From Candidatus Poribacteria bacterium (GTDB lineage Bacteria > Poribacteria > WGA-4E > WGA-3G), in the NCBI GenBank assembly GCA_963665235.2, contig CAXXLX010000001.1, positions 512,001 through 576,000 of the forward strand: a stretch of 64,000 bases of DNA. The letters run 5' to 3'. The position numbers and the translations under genes are program-made. The notes below the pieces were generated by a model. It was not told the origin of the DNA. It did no database searches and saw nothing but the letters and a program-made list of their open reading frames with translations. This document shows, piece after piece, positions 10,219 to 21,140 of the stretch (the stretch's first letter is position 1; each line of letters starts with the position of its first letter).

Positions 10219-12207
10219 TTAAAACGGTTTAACGATAACAGCCTTAGAAACAAGGGCAATTGCAACAGTACCCATCCCTATCAATCCGACACCGCATGCG
10301 AATCCTGCTGCCAAAACCGGATTGAACATATACCATCGTTTCAAGCCGAACCGCTTAATCATATAGAATCTGCCGATAATTGCGCCGAGCAGTCGTGCCA
10401 CCATACTTCCTGGGTCCGCACCAATTCCGCCGATGATACCGTAGTACCACATAGAGGGATACTTGAAGACCCAGAGCAGCCCATAAATAGCGAGACTGGA
10501 GGTGAACCCCGCGGCGACATAATCCCCGCGGATAGCGTTCAGCATCTCACTATTTCCATCGCGTAGCGATGTTTTCCAGAGGCATTCATTAGTTGCATTA
10601 ATCGGCCACATCATCTGGACGTACGGATATTGTGCAGAAGGTATCGGCGCGATTTTCCAAATAAAGTGCAACACCACAATGCCACTAACGAGCAGAATTG
10701 GCATAATAAGCAGCGTGCCGGCAAGATTTGAGGTGAAGGTTGTGCCGGTGAGTTCTAACACACGCCAGCTCTGCGTTCCCTGTCCATAATCCTCATCCGG
10801 CAGCGGCGCGAACCAGATATCAATTTCTTCATACCGGCTCAGAATGAACGTAATCTCATGAAGGTACGGTATTTCAAACAGGTCGCGTCCGAGTACGCCG
10901 AAAGTTCTCGCCGTGATATAGGAGTTAAGCGGTGTGTATAAGAACGCGTATCCGAGTAAAAAGCTGAGCGGGAAGTTGGGGACCATCCAGTGGATGAGCC
11001 AAACAAATCCCCCCATCCCGATGAGCCAGAGGAGCCCCATTAACCATAGTGGAAAATCGCCTCGCCCGGGAGGTGTAGCCAGTGAACCGCGTTGCCCTGC
11101 CTTTTTCTTGGAACTTCGGAGTTTGAAAAGCATCGGAATAGAAGCCGCCATGCCGACGAGCCCGAGGCTAAACATTTTGCCCATGCCGTAGCTCATCCAG
11201 AAATCGAGGTTGTTGAAAAGTCCAACCCCCCGTACATCGAGCCCAGGGTGCCATTGCCACAGAATGCCGGATTTGTACAGAATTTGCGGGTTCAACACGA
11301 ATTGCGATAGCATCGCCGTAATGAACTCCGACATCATCACCGGGAACGGCATGACGAATCCGATAAGCATCTGTCCAAAATCGGTGCGGAGCGCAAAGAC
11401 CCCCGTTGGCGCGAACCCTTCAATGCTTTGTGTGAAGTCTATCCACGGGATTTTGAGTATCTGAATCGGTTGACTCATCATAACGCCGCTAAGCGCAGGA
11501 ACACCGATATAGATGAACCCCCAGATTAAGCCAGCCATGGAGCCGATGGAAAAGACTTGCCATCGCCAGGTTTCGTTTTTGCCCGTCGTTTCTGCAAGTG
11601 CGGTCGCGCCTTGTGCACTAATAGGTGCCATCGGGTAGGGGAGCCGTTCGAGGTCCGCTGTCAGCCGGAACAGGATGTACTGACCACTGACAAACCGCAA
11701 TGTACCGAGCAGCTTGCCAGCGAGATAGACCCCTATAGGTAGGAGCCAATCGGGGTGCAACAGACTGCGCGTTAGCACGCCTGCGGAATCACCAGCAGGC
11801 ACAACCCATGCGGGAATTTTGTCGGCGATTTCGTAGGACACCGCTTGCGGCGTGTTCACGAAATAGGCATACCAGATAAAGTTCCGGTATTGCATACCGC
11901 TGCCAACCGCGGCACCAGTGAGCCCGAGGAGCATATAGAGCTCCTGTCGGCGCGCAGTGGTAAAGGAACGTCTGGCTAATTCGGTGAAGAGTATGACAGC
12001 GACCCATGGGGCCGCCGCTGCACCGGATTGACCGGATACATAACTGAGATAGATGGAACCGGGCATCATGAGCAGCCCAACAAAGAGCGCGCCGAGGAAC
12101 ACTTTGAGCGTTAATCCGGATTCAAATTCCCGGACACCGCCTTCAATGTCGTACCGTTGTGCCCAAGTTTGCCATTCATCTGCCTGTGAGATTCGTTCTC
12201 TCGCCAA
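10219..12207 (-). CDS. OPT/YSL-superfamily-like polytopic membrane transporter
   Basis: Many hydrophobic helices; GLTLKVFLGALFVGLLMMPGSIYL and ERLPYPMA resemble OPT-like peptide transporters; TTG start with AAGGAG. Confidence 0.7.
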   Translation of the reverse strand: MARERISQADEWQTWAQRYDIEGGVREFESGLTLKVFLGALFVGLLMMPGSIYLSYVSGQSGAAAAPWVAVILFTELARRSFTTARRQELYMLLGLTGAAVGSGMQYRNFIWYAYFVNTPQAVSYEIADKIPAWVVPAGDSAGVLTRSLLHPDWLLPIGVYLAGKLLGTLRFVSGQYILFRLTADLERLPYPMAPISAQGATALAETTGKNETWRWQVFSIGSMAGLIWGFIYIGVPALSGVMMSQPIQILKIPWIDFTQSIEGFAPTGVFALRTDFGQMLIGFVMPFPVMMSEFITAMLSQFVLNPQILYKSGILWQWHPGLDVRGVGLFNNLDFWMSYGMGKMFSLGLVGMAASIPMLFKLRSSKKKAGQRGSLATPPGRGDFPLWLMGLLWLIGMGGFVWLIHWMVPNFPLSFLLGYAFLYTPLNSYITARTFGVLGRDLFEIPYLHEITFILSRYEEIDIWFAPLPDEDYGQGTQSWRVLELTGTTFTSNLAGTLLIMPILLVSGIVVLHFIWKIAPIPSAQYPYVQMMWPINATNECLWKTSLRDGNSEMLNAIRGDYVAAGFTSSLAIYGLLWVFKYPSMWYYGIIGGIGADPGSMVARLLGAIIGRFYMIKRFGLKRWYMFNPVLAAGFACGVGLIGMGTVAIALVSKAVIVKPF

Positions 12208-12222
12208 ATTGAAGATTCTCCT

Positions 12223-12423
12223 TTAGTCGGGTGAGTTGTCATCTGTATTCGTGTCGTTATTATTCTCTTCACTGAGTTCTTCCCAGAAGTGTGCCATGAA
12301 GATGCCGATAGTCAATATGAGTGCGGCGAACATCTGCCACTGCCAGCGACCCCCTAAGGCGAAAATACTGACGAACCATAAAACAGTCCCGATGATGATA
12401 ATAAGACTCGCTAATTTTTCCAT
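12223..12423 (-). CDS. Small two-TM membrane protein with acidic tail
   Basis: 66 aa, two hydrophobic segments, tight spacing in operon. Confidence 0.7.
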   Translation of the reverse strand: MEKLASLIIIIGTVLWFVSIFALGGRWQWQMFAALILTIGIFMAHFWEELSEENNNDTNTDDNSPD

Positions 12424-12456
12424 AGTTAATAGGTATCAGAGTGTATGCCTACTCCC

Positions 12457-15400
12457 TTAATCTGCTGTCGTCATGACAGGCTCTAATTGTCCGGTGCCCT
12501 CCTGTGTATCGGCACTTTCAGTTCGCCCGCGTTCATGGAATTCTGCTCGAACATCAACACTAAATGTCCGCCAAATCAGCAGCTGTTTCCGCAACAGATT
12601 GAGGAAGCGACGGTTCACCCGTTTCCAAGACGCTATCTCGCCACTTTCACGGTGAACATCTAAGGTAATTTGGTAAAGATCTTCCTCTTCTCCACCGACC
12701 GGTGAGGTAACAAATTGGATGGATTGACTGACCCCCAGGTCGTAAGGTGCCAACCAGACCCGCATACCGATTTGGTAGGAGTGTTCCTCTGATTGCGCGG
12801 CGTCTGTATCTGTAGCGACCGTGCTGAAAGTGACATTGTCAGTATAGAAGTCGCTTGCGGACTCATCAGCGTGTGCGTCGAAGTAGTCCCGCATGAACAC
12901 ATTTAAACCGAGTGCCTCCTCCTGTAGCACGGTAAACGGCAGGTTAAAGTGCCAAACATCGCCCTCCGGTTCCGGCAGTTTCCATTTCCGTTCAATATCC
13001 GGCACCGCCATGCGGGAAGCTTTCAGGGCGGGATAAAGCGTACTGAGCAGCACCACAATCATCACGATAACTGTGGCGACCACCGTTGACATTGAAGAGT
13101 AGTTCAACGTCAATCCGGCAAGCCAGCCGAAGTATACCAATGTTGTTGCAATAGCTTGTCCCATGAGATAACCGAGGACTGCCCCGACAATCGCATAGAC
13201 ACAAGCTTCAGCGAGGAAAAGAAACGCGATATGGACGGGGGCAAGCCCAACCGAACTGTAAATTCCGATTTCGCGCACGCGTTCATAAACCGCCCCGAGC
13301 ATCGTATTTAAGACAATCAGTGCAGCAATCAGAATCGGGACGAAGAGGTTGCCCATGCCGCTAAAACTGGTCATGCCGATACTGCTGTAAAGATAGGTGT
13401 CTTTGTCCCGTCCGACAAAGAAATCTAAAGCGATGCGGTTCATCAGCGGTGCCATAATGAGGTCAAGTTTATCAATTGACGTTAAGAGCGTTGGGTCGTC
13501 CGGTTGAGGCTCCATGTTGACAGCGACACTTCTCAGCGTTCCACCCTGATTCATGACCACCTGATATGGGAGCACGGCAATACTATCCGGGGTGAGGTGA
13601 AGATATTTCTGAAGTTCACCTTCAAGCGTTTCATCACCCGTTCCGCCTCGGCTCCGTTGCTGTTGCATCAATTGATAATCGACGGGGGTGAGTTCCTCCC
13701 CATCGTTATCTGTCAAATCCTTGAATCCGATGCCGAGTACACCGACGACAGTGAAATCCGCCCCGTAAACAGAGATTGTCGCTTTGCCCATGTCGCTTTC
13801 CGTAATTTTCAGGAGGTCCGCCATCCCTTTCGGAAGGATAATTGCGTAGGGCCACTCAGTCGGCCAAGTGTGTGCATCCACGCGATCGAACCATTTTCCG
13901 TATTGAAGATATCGATGGATACCGGTGACTGTGGGTTCCATCTCACTCATCCCGACGAGCATGTTTGCAGCAAAACTCGGGAGTTCCCCCGTAAGGGGAT
14001 GTGTGGGCGGGACTGGGTCGTGGGTGTTGCTGCTTCGCGTCAATTGCACAAACGATTGGTCCCCGGTTCCCGACGACTGATACCATGCGCGCGGAGCGAC
14101 GACGTTCTCCACGGTGAGGACCGGTTCTTCGTCAACGGTTTTGATAAACCCATCTTCTCTCAATGTAGCAATTGCGGCAGGAATGTCGACCGGTGTCTGT
14201 CCCTGCTTCTTGAGCCGTTCGTTTTTCTGTTCCAAAAGCCGTTGTAGTGCGTCAACCGTAATTTGTGTTTTCTGCATATCGTTGAGAATAGAGTTCAGCA
14301 CCGGTTCTTCAAGCGGCCGCCAGTATTGGTCGCGAATAAGCAAACCTGTATAGCGAGGCGTTACCTGCGGCAGACTCGTCCGGTTCGGGCGTAGGAACGT
14401 CCGCACCGATGTGAACGATATGACAGTAAACGTTAGGATAACGAGCGTGGCGCAGGTAAGGATAGTCCGTCCTTTGCGTTTGCGCATATTCGAGATACCG
14501 AGGCTAAACGCCGCTGCACTGGCACTCAGTCTGCCAACATCAGCTTTGTAAACCTTATGGTCCCCCTGCTGGCGGATTTTCTCAAGCTGCTCCTCGAATT
14601 TTCTTACAATAATGCTGATAACAATCACGGTCAGTGCAAGCACAACGAACGCAATCAGGATAATCACAGGCGTTGTCGTTATCTGGAACGCCGGATGTAC
14701 CTGGCTTAGGAAGAAGAAGACTAACAGAAAAATGCCAAAGGTTGCTATAATCTGTTTGTGAATGTTAGGGAAACCGAAGAGCAGCCGTTCCATAAAGTAT
14801 GCAAACGGCATCAAGAGCGCGAGATAGAACATAATCCCGTTCACTACATCGTTGCCTGTGCTTTTCACATCTGGATATGCCCGCGATTCGTACCCCCAGG
14901 CCGCCCGTGCTAATTTGAGGGCTTGTTGATAATCGTTTTGAAGGAGTGCCGTCTCCGCGCGGGTGAGGTATTCGTTAGCGAATTGGTGCAGTTTGTCAAG
15001 ACGGTCGCTACTGATACCGAACCGCTTGTAGAGCCGGGAGCGGTTTTCATCGAGCCACCACATATCGCGAACCACGACATAGGGTGTTAGGCGGATGCTA
15101 CCGTTTTCTCGGACGACGAATCCTTCTCCTGTATAGAGCGTCGGATTTTTCATACCGCTTTTTGTCGCTTTAATTAACAGCAACCGTTTGCCGATTTGCC
15201 CATAAGCCATCCCGACTTTAATACGTTTCTGCGGTTCGCTATAAACCAGGGCAATCGGTTCAGCTGCAGAGACACCCTCCTGTTGCCACGGCTTGGACAT
15301 ACCGAATTTCTCTGGCGGACTATCCGAGAGGGCATCGTATATCTCTAATTCTCGGAGGGTTCGGAGGTACCGTTGGTCGACCAGGTCGTAGATAGTCGTG

Positions 15401-18400
15401 GAAACGCAGGGAAACGTTACCACTCGGCAGCCACGTCTGCGGGTATTGATTGGAACTTTGTTAGGCAGCAGTTTCGCGCCGTAATTTCCGAGGTCGGGGG
15501 CATACACGATATCGCCTGAATCTGGGTCAAGGATATACGCCTCAACCTCTTGTGCCCCGCCTAGTCTGCGTGTTGCCCTACCTTCCATTGCAAGGCCTGC
15601 CACCTCAAAATTGCCCTTGTTATCGCCCATCGCGAAGAGGTCCCCGCGCACCCCCATCATTGTCTTGTGTTTCCGGCGGAGCGTCAAAATAGGATAGGAT
15701 ACCGGCTTATTCGGGAGTGCTGAATCGCGGGCATCAAATTCAACCACATCGCCGAAGAGGTTGCAATAGAAATTACCGACCCGTGCAGCGGTCGGCATTT
15801 GCGGGTCCCGCAAGGCCTGAATGAGTAAAGAGGCTAATGTTTTTGCTTGCTGATGCAGATTACCATCTTCGCGTAGGTCAACCCGTTCAATTGTATCCAG
15901 AGGCGTATCTGTCAGGACACGCGCATCTTCAATCGTTGCAAAGGCTATACCTGTTTTTCCGACTAACGTTGCCACTTCACTATCAAAGGCGATCTTTCCG
16001 GGGATGTAGGTTTTCCACGTCTTGCCGCCGCTAGCAGAAATGGCATTGACAAAGTTAGAGCTGCCCCCAAGTCCAACGATAGAAATTAGCGTTCTAATGT
16101 CCTCTATTTCATCTTCGGTGAAGGTATCCGGGTCTTCGTGCCGGAGCCTAAGCATTGCGGGGAGTTGTGCTATCATGCGGATGCTATTTTTTCGGCTTTT
16201 CTTTGCATTGCGGACATCGTTTCGGATAAACCGTTCCACCTCTTTACGGATGTAGTCCATATCCTTCAGCATATCTTCAGACGGTTCTCCGCGGTGTTGC
16301 CACTGTTCGAACTGCATTCTCATCAGGCGGCTGACTCCCCCTAATCCCGTTAATTTGCCGTAGTGTGCGCTGAGCAGGGTTTCAAGGGTTTTCCCTTCAA
16401 GTGCTTCCTTGTCCGAAATTTGGCTAGCGACACCCCATTGGCGGGCCATCACAGCTTGTCGGATTTGGTCATCCGTTGCTTGCCACAGTTTTCTCACACG
16501 GACACCGAAATCCGCATCCGCCGCATAGGCCGCTAATTTATTTCCGATGCTTGCAAATTCACGCCGCAGCACAAACTCGGGTTGCTGGTCATAGAACCAC
16601 CCTTTGTTAAAAACACCAAATTGGTTCGATTGCGAAGAGAGGTCGATGCTACAAAAGAGCGAGGTATAATAGCGGTTGAAAAGGTCTTGAAGGGCAATCG
16701 CAGCTTCAATCTGTGCAATTTTGTCGTTGTATTCCGCCTCACTAATCCGCACCATTTTTTCCACACGACTCTGAATGTTCCGAAGCCTTGCATTCCTCAA
16801 CGTCAACATGTTGTCCCGGAGGAGCCGTTTGGTCTCTGCATTGAGGTCGGATGTGAGCGTTGGTAACTGGATTATGAGATTTTTGAGCGCGTTCACATCT
16901 GCTGTGGCACCCTGCTTCACTGTCTGTAGCAGGTGTTCTTCTGCCAAATATGCGGATATAGCCGCGCGTGCTACTTCTGCCTGCTCAACTTCAGCACTTG
17001 ACAGGTAGCTCTCTAAAATAAGCCGTTCCTCCGCTAAATATCCACGGGCTAGCGTCGCGTGTGATTCAAGCAGTTTTTCAAGCCGTTCCTGTTCGAGGCG
17101 GGCGTTGCGAAGCGCAATTTCAAAGATGCCCTGCTTATCTCGGACGAGGTCAGCAATAAGGATGTCGGTACTTTCTCCGCCGCCCACTACATCTTTAGAC
17201 GTTCTCTCCTGAGCACGTTCTTCCGTTAAACGTTGCCGGAGTTGAGCGTTTATTGCGTCTATCCGTTCTCGAGAGTTTTTCGTAAGATAGCGGATTTGCA
17301 AATCGGGTGTCAAGGTATGTTCAGGCGTGTCGCGCAGCGCATTGATAGCCGCCTTAATTTGGTTAGCGGGCATAGCCGTATCGCCAAGAGGCTCCTGCTG
17401 ACTGTCGCCGGATAACTGCCGACGGCTAACGAGTGCCTGCTGTGCTTTCAAGAGGAGAGCTTGCTCTTGGGCGATACTCGCTTCACGCGACGCAGTTGCT
17501 GAGTTGCCTATAAGCCGGCGGGCATCTCTCGCTTTTTTCAGGTCGGGCAGATTCAGGTGCCGGTCTAGGATTTTATCCGGTGTCCACATCAACGCAAACT
17601 TTCGCGTGTCGCTCAGCTCCCAATTGGCAAGTGTTTTATTGAGTAGTTCTATGTCCGGTATCAATTCAGGGGGCAAATCTGTCGGTGTCGGTATCTCATA
17701 ACCATCATTTCGTTTCACTGGCAATAGGTATGATGTCCTTGGATGCGTTCCGTATCCATCGCTCAGTTTGCCCGCTTGAAGCTCGCGCTCCAGCTTGTCC
17801 ACTGCCCAGGTGTCCAATCGGGCGATAGGTAAGGCGATAGTCTCTATCAATTCACGTTGCGCGGTTCGGCTGCTGTCTAAGGCAGATGTACGGACCTGTG
17901 CAAGTCGTTGCACAATATGTCGGAGAAAGTGTGTTGTTTGGAGTGCCTCTTTTTCAAATCGGATAAGGTTTGCGTTACGTTTTGATTTTTCCTCTTCCGT
18001 GAATCCCTGCTTTTCCCGTTTCCTATTTCGTGTGACCCGTTTTTTCTGCTGTTCAGAGAAATCGCGTTGCGCTGCATGCAGCGACTCAATTTGTGAACGT
18101 GTCGTTGCCAAGGCTGTTAACGTTGTTGCCAGTGAGTCTATGTCCGCTTTCACGCCGTGTATATCGTGAAAGAAATCCGCAGACAGGTCGACGAGCGTGC
18201 TTCGGTCGATTGAGAGGAGCAGTTTGCGTCCTAATTCTTCGAATTCAATAATATCGTTGGATAACCCACGTCTGAGTCCTTGCAAAGTCGGTGTTCCTGG
18301 GGAATCGGTTGCGGACCCGACAATATCTTGTCCGATACCTTCCATGAATGCGCGCATGCCTGCTAAACCTTGGAAATGCGCGTCAACCGCCACAAAGAGG

Positions 18401-19902
18401 ACAGAACGTCCTGGACGGTATTCAGGTTTCTCGAACAAGCGTGCAAGTTCCATAAGCACCGCAATCCCGCAGGTTGGGTCAGCCCCAGGGGCAATTGCGG
18501 GAACAACAGACATGGAATCATAGTAAGCGGTGAGGACGACCAATTCATCCCGCAAGATAGGGTCACCGCCTTCAAGGAAACCTCGGATATTTTGTCCAAC
18601 CCGGCGTTCCCATGTCATTTTACCGCTGACACGCACGTTAACTTCGCTATTAGAGAGCCGTTCTTTTAGTGCGGCTGCATCCGATTTTGTAATCCAAAAC
18701 CGGGGAATGTTTGCGGGAACGGTGAGAAATTTGTTCTCTGCTTCACCACGGATAGTTGTTTCCGGTTCAATAAAAACAACTGCCGATGCTCCTAACATCG
18801 CGGCATTAATCCAACGTGTCCCGGAATTAAACGCTGTCAAGACTATCGCGCCCTTTGGTATGAAAATGTCGGCCTCGCTTGCAGCAATGAATTCACCGAC
18901 TTCGTCAATCTGTCCATCTTTATTGTTATCCAGTCCATCTGTCGCATCGCCCGGAATTTCGTCTGTCCAGCCGTTCGCGTTATTGTCAATGCCATCTGTT
19001 CCCCACCCTACGATTTCAGAGAGCAGCGGAATTTCGCCATATTCATCAACCATCCCATCTTCATCGTTATCAATACCATCAGATGCCTTCTGAAGGTGGC
19101 CGTTCAGAACATCGTCCGTAATACTCGCTTGTGTGACGCGATAACGTCTCGATAGGGTAGAGAGCGTATCCCCCACCTGAAGCGAATACCAGAAACCGCC
19201 CACATTGCTGCCGTTGAAATCTGATAGTTGTGCATCGTCAACGTCCAACAGCGGCCCCGTGAGCCCCCCTGTCGGTATAAAAACCGTGTCACCTACCCCG
19301 ATAGGAGTGGATAGGAAGCGGTTTCGTGAATTCTCCACGATGTCTGTCAAGGAGACAGCATAACTCTCCGCAATCTCCTCCAAAGTTTCACCCGCTTCAA
19401 CCGTATGTTTCACCCCATCCGCTATGAGAGATGTCCTGACGAGGTTGGGCCACAACGGTTTGAGCGTGAACGTCTCCAGCACTGTTCCATCAGGCGCAAG
19501 CACCTCCAGCGCACTATTCCCGTGGTCAATGGGAACGGTGATTGAAAACTCACGGCTCTCTACGTTCTGCAAACCGCTCTCGACAAAACGGTCAAAGACG
19601 TATTTGCTGCCACTAGCTGCTTGCGGGTAGCCTGTGACGCGACTGGAGAGACTCGCCATGCGAGCGAGGTCTTTCCGAATATTGCGAATGGAGAGTTCAC
19701 CACGAATTTGGATGGCAGCCGCCGATAAACCGAGGGCACGTTCTCCTTCCGCTGCATAGCAGCTCTTGGGAGTCGGGTTGAACGCAGAAAAACCCGACAA
19801 GAAAATTAATAGAGTTATAAGGACATATATCCGATTCATTAAACACCTTAAAGGCAAATATCGCCGTTTCTTGATAAAAAATTCTTTCATCTTAAAGTTC
19901 AC
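12457..19902 (-). CDS. Giant membrane protein: signal/TM, 2x LysM, DGxDN repeats, degenerate M28 peptidase fold, coiled region, TM block, MacB-periplasmic and FtsX permease domains
   Basis: HTVEAGETLEEIA and YSLQVGDTLSTLS (LysM); DGIDNDEDGMVDE-like x3; TAYYDS..PGAD..ELAR..RSVLF (M28); NMRKRKGRTILT and VYERVREIGIYSSVG..FLAEA (MacB/FtsX). True start uncertain. Confidence 0.85.
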   Translation of the reverse strand: MNFKMKEFFIKKRRYLPLRCLMNRIYVLITLLIFLSGFSAFNPTPKSCYAAEGERALGLSAAAIQIRGELSIRNIRKDLARMASLSSRVTGYPQAASGSKYVFDRFVESGLQNVESREFSITVPIDHGNSALEVLAPDGTVLETFTLKPLWPNLVRTSLIADGVKHTVEAGETLEEIAESYAVSLTDIVENSRNRFLSTPIGVGDTVFIPTGGLTGPLLDVDDAQLSDFNGSNVGGFWYSLQVGDTLSTLSRRYRVTQASITDDVLNGHLQKASDGIDNDEDGMVDEYGEIPLLSEIVGWGTDGIDNNANGWTDEIPGDATDGLDNNKDGQIDEVGEFIAASEADIFIPKGAIVLTAFNSGTRWINAAMLGASAVVFIEPETTIRGEAENKFLTVPANIPRFWITKSDAAALKERLSNSEVNVRVSGKMTWERRVGQNIRGFLEGGDPILRDELVVLTAYYDSMSVVPAIAPGADPTCGIAVLMELARLFEKPEYRPGRSVLFVAVDAHFQGLAGMRAFMEGIGQDIVGSATDSPGTPTLQGLRRGLSNDIIEFEELGRKLLLSIDRSTLVDLSADFFHDIHGVKADIDSLATTLTALATTRSQIESLHAAQRDFSEQQKKRVTRNRKREKQGFTEEEKSKRNANLIRFEKEALQTTHFLRHIVQRLAQVRTSALDSSRTAQRELIETIALPIARLDTWAVDKLERELQAGKLSDGYGTHPRTSYLLPVKRNDGYEIPTPTDLPPELIPDIELLNKTLANWELSDTRKFALMWTPDKILDRHLNLPDLKKARDARRLIGNSATASREASIAQEQALLLKAQQALVSRRQLSGDSQQEPLGDTAMPANQIKAAINALRDTPEHTLTPDLQIRYLTKNSRERIDAINAQLRQRLTEERAQERTSKDVVGGGESTDILIADLVRDKQGIFEIALRNARLEQERLEKLLESHATLARGYLAEERLILESYLSSAEVEQAEVARAAISAYLAEEHLLQTVKQGATADVNALKNLIIQLPTLTSDLNAETKRLLRDNMLTLRNARLRNIQSRVEKMVRISEAEYNDKIAQIEAAIALQDLFNRYYTSLFCSIDLSSQSNQFGVFNKGWFYDQQPEFVLRREFASIGNKLAAYAADADFGVRVRKLWQATDDQIRQAVMARQWGVASQISDKEALEGKTLETLLSAHYGKLTGLGGVSRLMRMQFEQWQHRGEPSEDMLKDMDYIRKEVERFIRNDVRNAKKSRKNSIRMIAQLPAMLRLRHEDPDTFTEDEIEDIRTLISIVGLGGSSNFVNAISASGGKTWKTYIPGKIAFDSEVATLVGKTGIAFATIEDARVLTDTPLDTIERVDLREDGNLHQQAKTLASLLIQALRDPQMPTAARVGNFYCNLFGDVVEFDARDSALPNKPVSYPILTLRRKHKTMMGVRGDLFAMGDNKGNFEVAGLAMEGRATRRLGGAQEVEAYILDPDSGDIVYAPDLGNYGAKLLPNKVPINTRRRGCRVVTFPCVSTTIYDLVDQRYLRTLRELEIYDALSDSPPEKFGMSKPWQQEGVSAAEPIALVYSEPQKRIKVGMAYGQIGKRLLLIKATKSGMKNPTLYTGEGFVVRENGSIRLTPYVVVRDMWWLDENRSRLYKRFGISSDRLDKLHQFANEYLTRAETALLQNDYQQALKLARAAWGYESRAYPDVKSTGNDVVNGIMFYLALLMPFAYFMERLLFGFPNIHKQIIATFGIFLLVFFFLSQVHPAFQITTTPVIILIAFVVLALTVIVISIIVRKFEEQLEKIRQQGDHKVYKADVGRLSASAAAFSLGISNMRKRKGRTILTCATLVILTFTVISFTSVRTFLRPNRTSLPQVTPRYTGLLIRDQYWRPLEEPVLNSILNDMQKTQITVDALQRLLEQKNERLKKQGQTPVDIPAAIATLREDGFIKTVDEEPVLTVENVVAPRAWYQSSGTGDQSFVQLTRSSNTHDPVPPTHPLTGELPSFAANMLVGMSEMEPTVTGIHRYLQYGKWFDRVDAHTWPTEWPYAIILPKGMADLLKITESDMGKATISVYGADFTVVGVLGIGFKDLTDNDGEELTPVDYQLMQQQRSRGGTGDETLEGELQKYLHLTPDSIAVLPYQVVMNQGGTLRSVAVNMEPQPDDPTLLTSIDKLDLIMAPLMNRIALDFFVGRDKDTYLYSSIGMTSFSGMGNLFVPILIAALIVLNTMLGAVYERVREIGIYSSVGLAPVHIAFLFLAEACVYAIVGAVLGYLMGQAIATTLVYFGWLAGLTLNYSSMSTVVATVIVMIVVLLSTLYPALKASRMAVPDIERKWKLPEPEGDVWHFNLPFTVLQEEALGLNVFMRDYFDAHADESASDFYTDNVTFSTVATDTDAAQSEEHSYQIGMRVWLAPYDLGVSQSIQFVTSPVGGEEEDLYQITLDVHRESGEIASWKRVNRRFLNLLRKQLLIWRTFSVDVRAEFHERGRTESADTQEGTGQLEPVMTTAD

Positions 19903-20480
19903 ATTTTTATTATACCAAAATTCTTAAGTTTTTGTCAACAAAAAAAAATAAAAAACGGATGTGTCAACATTTTGTACTTATGTGTCAGTCTACCCTATAG
20001 CTCTCCACCGTTTGTAAAAAATGACGTTGTGATATTTGGGGCATGAGCTTAGTCGGGGCCTACAACGGTGGCATACATCCAAAAAACGGATACGTCATTT
20101 TGGGTTTCCACGCCTCCATTCCTATATCTATCCTTTGGGCCTCCAAAAAGTTTACACATCCCCAAAAAACGTTCCCCCTTCCCACCTATTCGTTTGACAA
20201 AAATTTTACATATCAAAAAAAAATTTGCTTTTTAACGTTTTTTAGGTTAAAATATATTTAACGTTTTTATTCTGTTTCATCTTTTTTATCGGACCTGTGC
20301 TATCGGTTCGCTTAAAAAGTTGAAAGAAAAAAACACGGTTCACGATACACAGACAGATTCCAACTGTCAACGTATCCTGCTTAGCCTGATAATAAGAGCG
20401 AGTTTCTGCTCGCGATTTTTGTGTCAAAATTTTCTAAACGTATACACTGCTTTATTTACAACGAATGAAAGGAAACAGTT

Positions 20481-20873
20481 ATGAGTAAAGATGAAACCGT
20501 CTCTCGGATAAAAAAACGGCGGCTTGAACTAAGCATGACACAGACCCAGTTAGCGAAAATCGCAAACTTAACACCTGCAGCCATCTCACAGTTCGAGTCT
20601 GGGACCCGCAAACCCTCTTTTAACACGCTCGCTGGCCTGTCCGAGGCCCTAAAGGTAACAACAGATTATCTTCTCGGTAAAGAGGAATTGCGATACGATG
20701 ACCTTCTTGCGGACCCGAAGGTTAGTCTCATGTTTAGAGGCATGATGGAATTCACAGAGCGCGATAAGGAAACCCTCTATGAGTTCTATAAATTCCTCAA
20801 GACACAAGCGGATGATGCTACATCAGATGCCACATCAGATGCTACATCAAGTGAAGGTTCATCGGGTCAATAA
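20481..20873 (+). CDS. XRE-family HTH transcriptional regulator
   Basis: IKKRRLELSMTQTQLAKIANLTPAAISQFESGTRKPS; AAAGGA RBS; stop codon lies inside the downstream element. Confidence 0.92.
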   Translation: MSKDETVSRIKKRRLELSMTQTQLAKIANLTPAAISQFESGTRKPSFNTLAGLSEALKVTTDYLLGKEELRYDDLLADPKVSLMFRGMMEFTERDKETLYEFYKFLKTQADDATSDATSDATSSEGSSGQ

Positions 20874-21140
20874 CCCCCAGCTAAAGCATGGGGGCTTGTC
20901 CCTGATGTCCGCCAAGGCTATCACAGGGACGAGGGTAACTTGTTGACTACCGTAATATATCGCAGATGCTGGACGTGGCAGTCCAAAGTATGGTTATCTA
21001 AAAAGGTGGCTTGTTTGTGGTAAAAGCAAGTTGCTGAAGGGTGCTCCCCAAGCCTTAACCCACTACGCTTATGTGATCGGGATGGGGCAATATATACCCG
21101 TGTAAGCGGAGAGCCCGAGAGGGTCCTTACCTGCTTTCTC
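20866..21140 (+). ncRNA. Putative omega-RNA/HEARO-like scaffold (3' end approximate)
   Basis: Three-way junction (closing stem plus hairpins CCCCCAG/TGGGGG and CTTGTCCCTG/CAGGGACGAG); loop sequence CCCC can pseudoknot with GGGG at ~21084. Confidence 0.65.
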
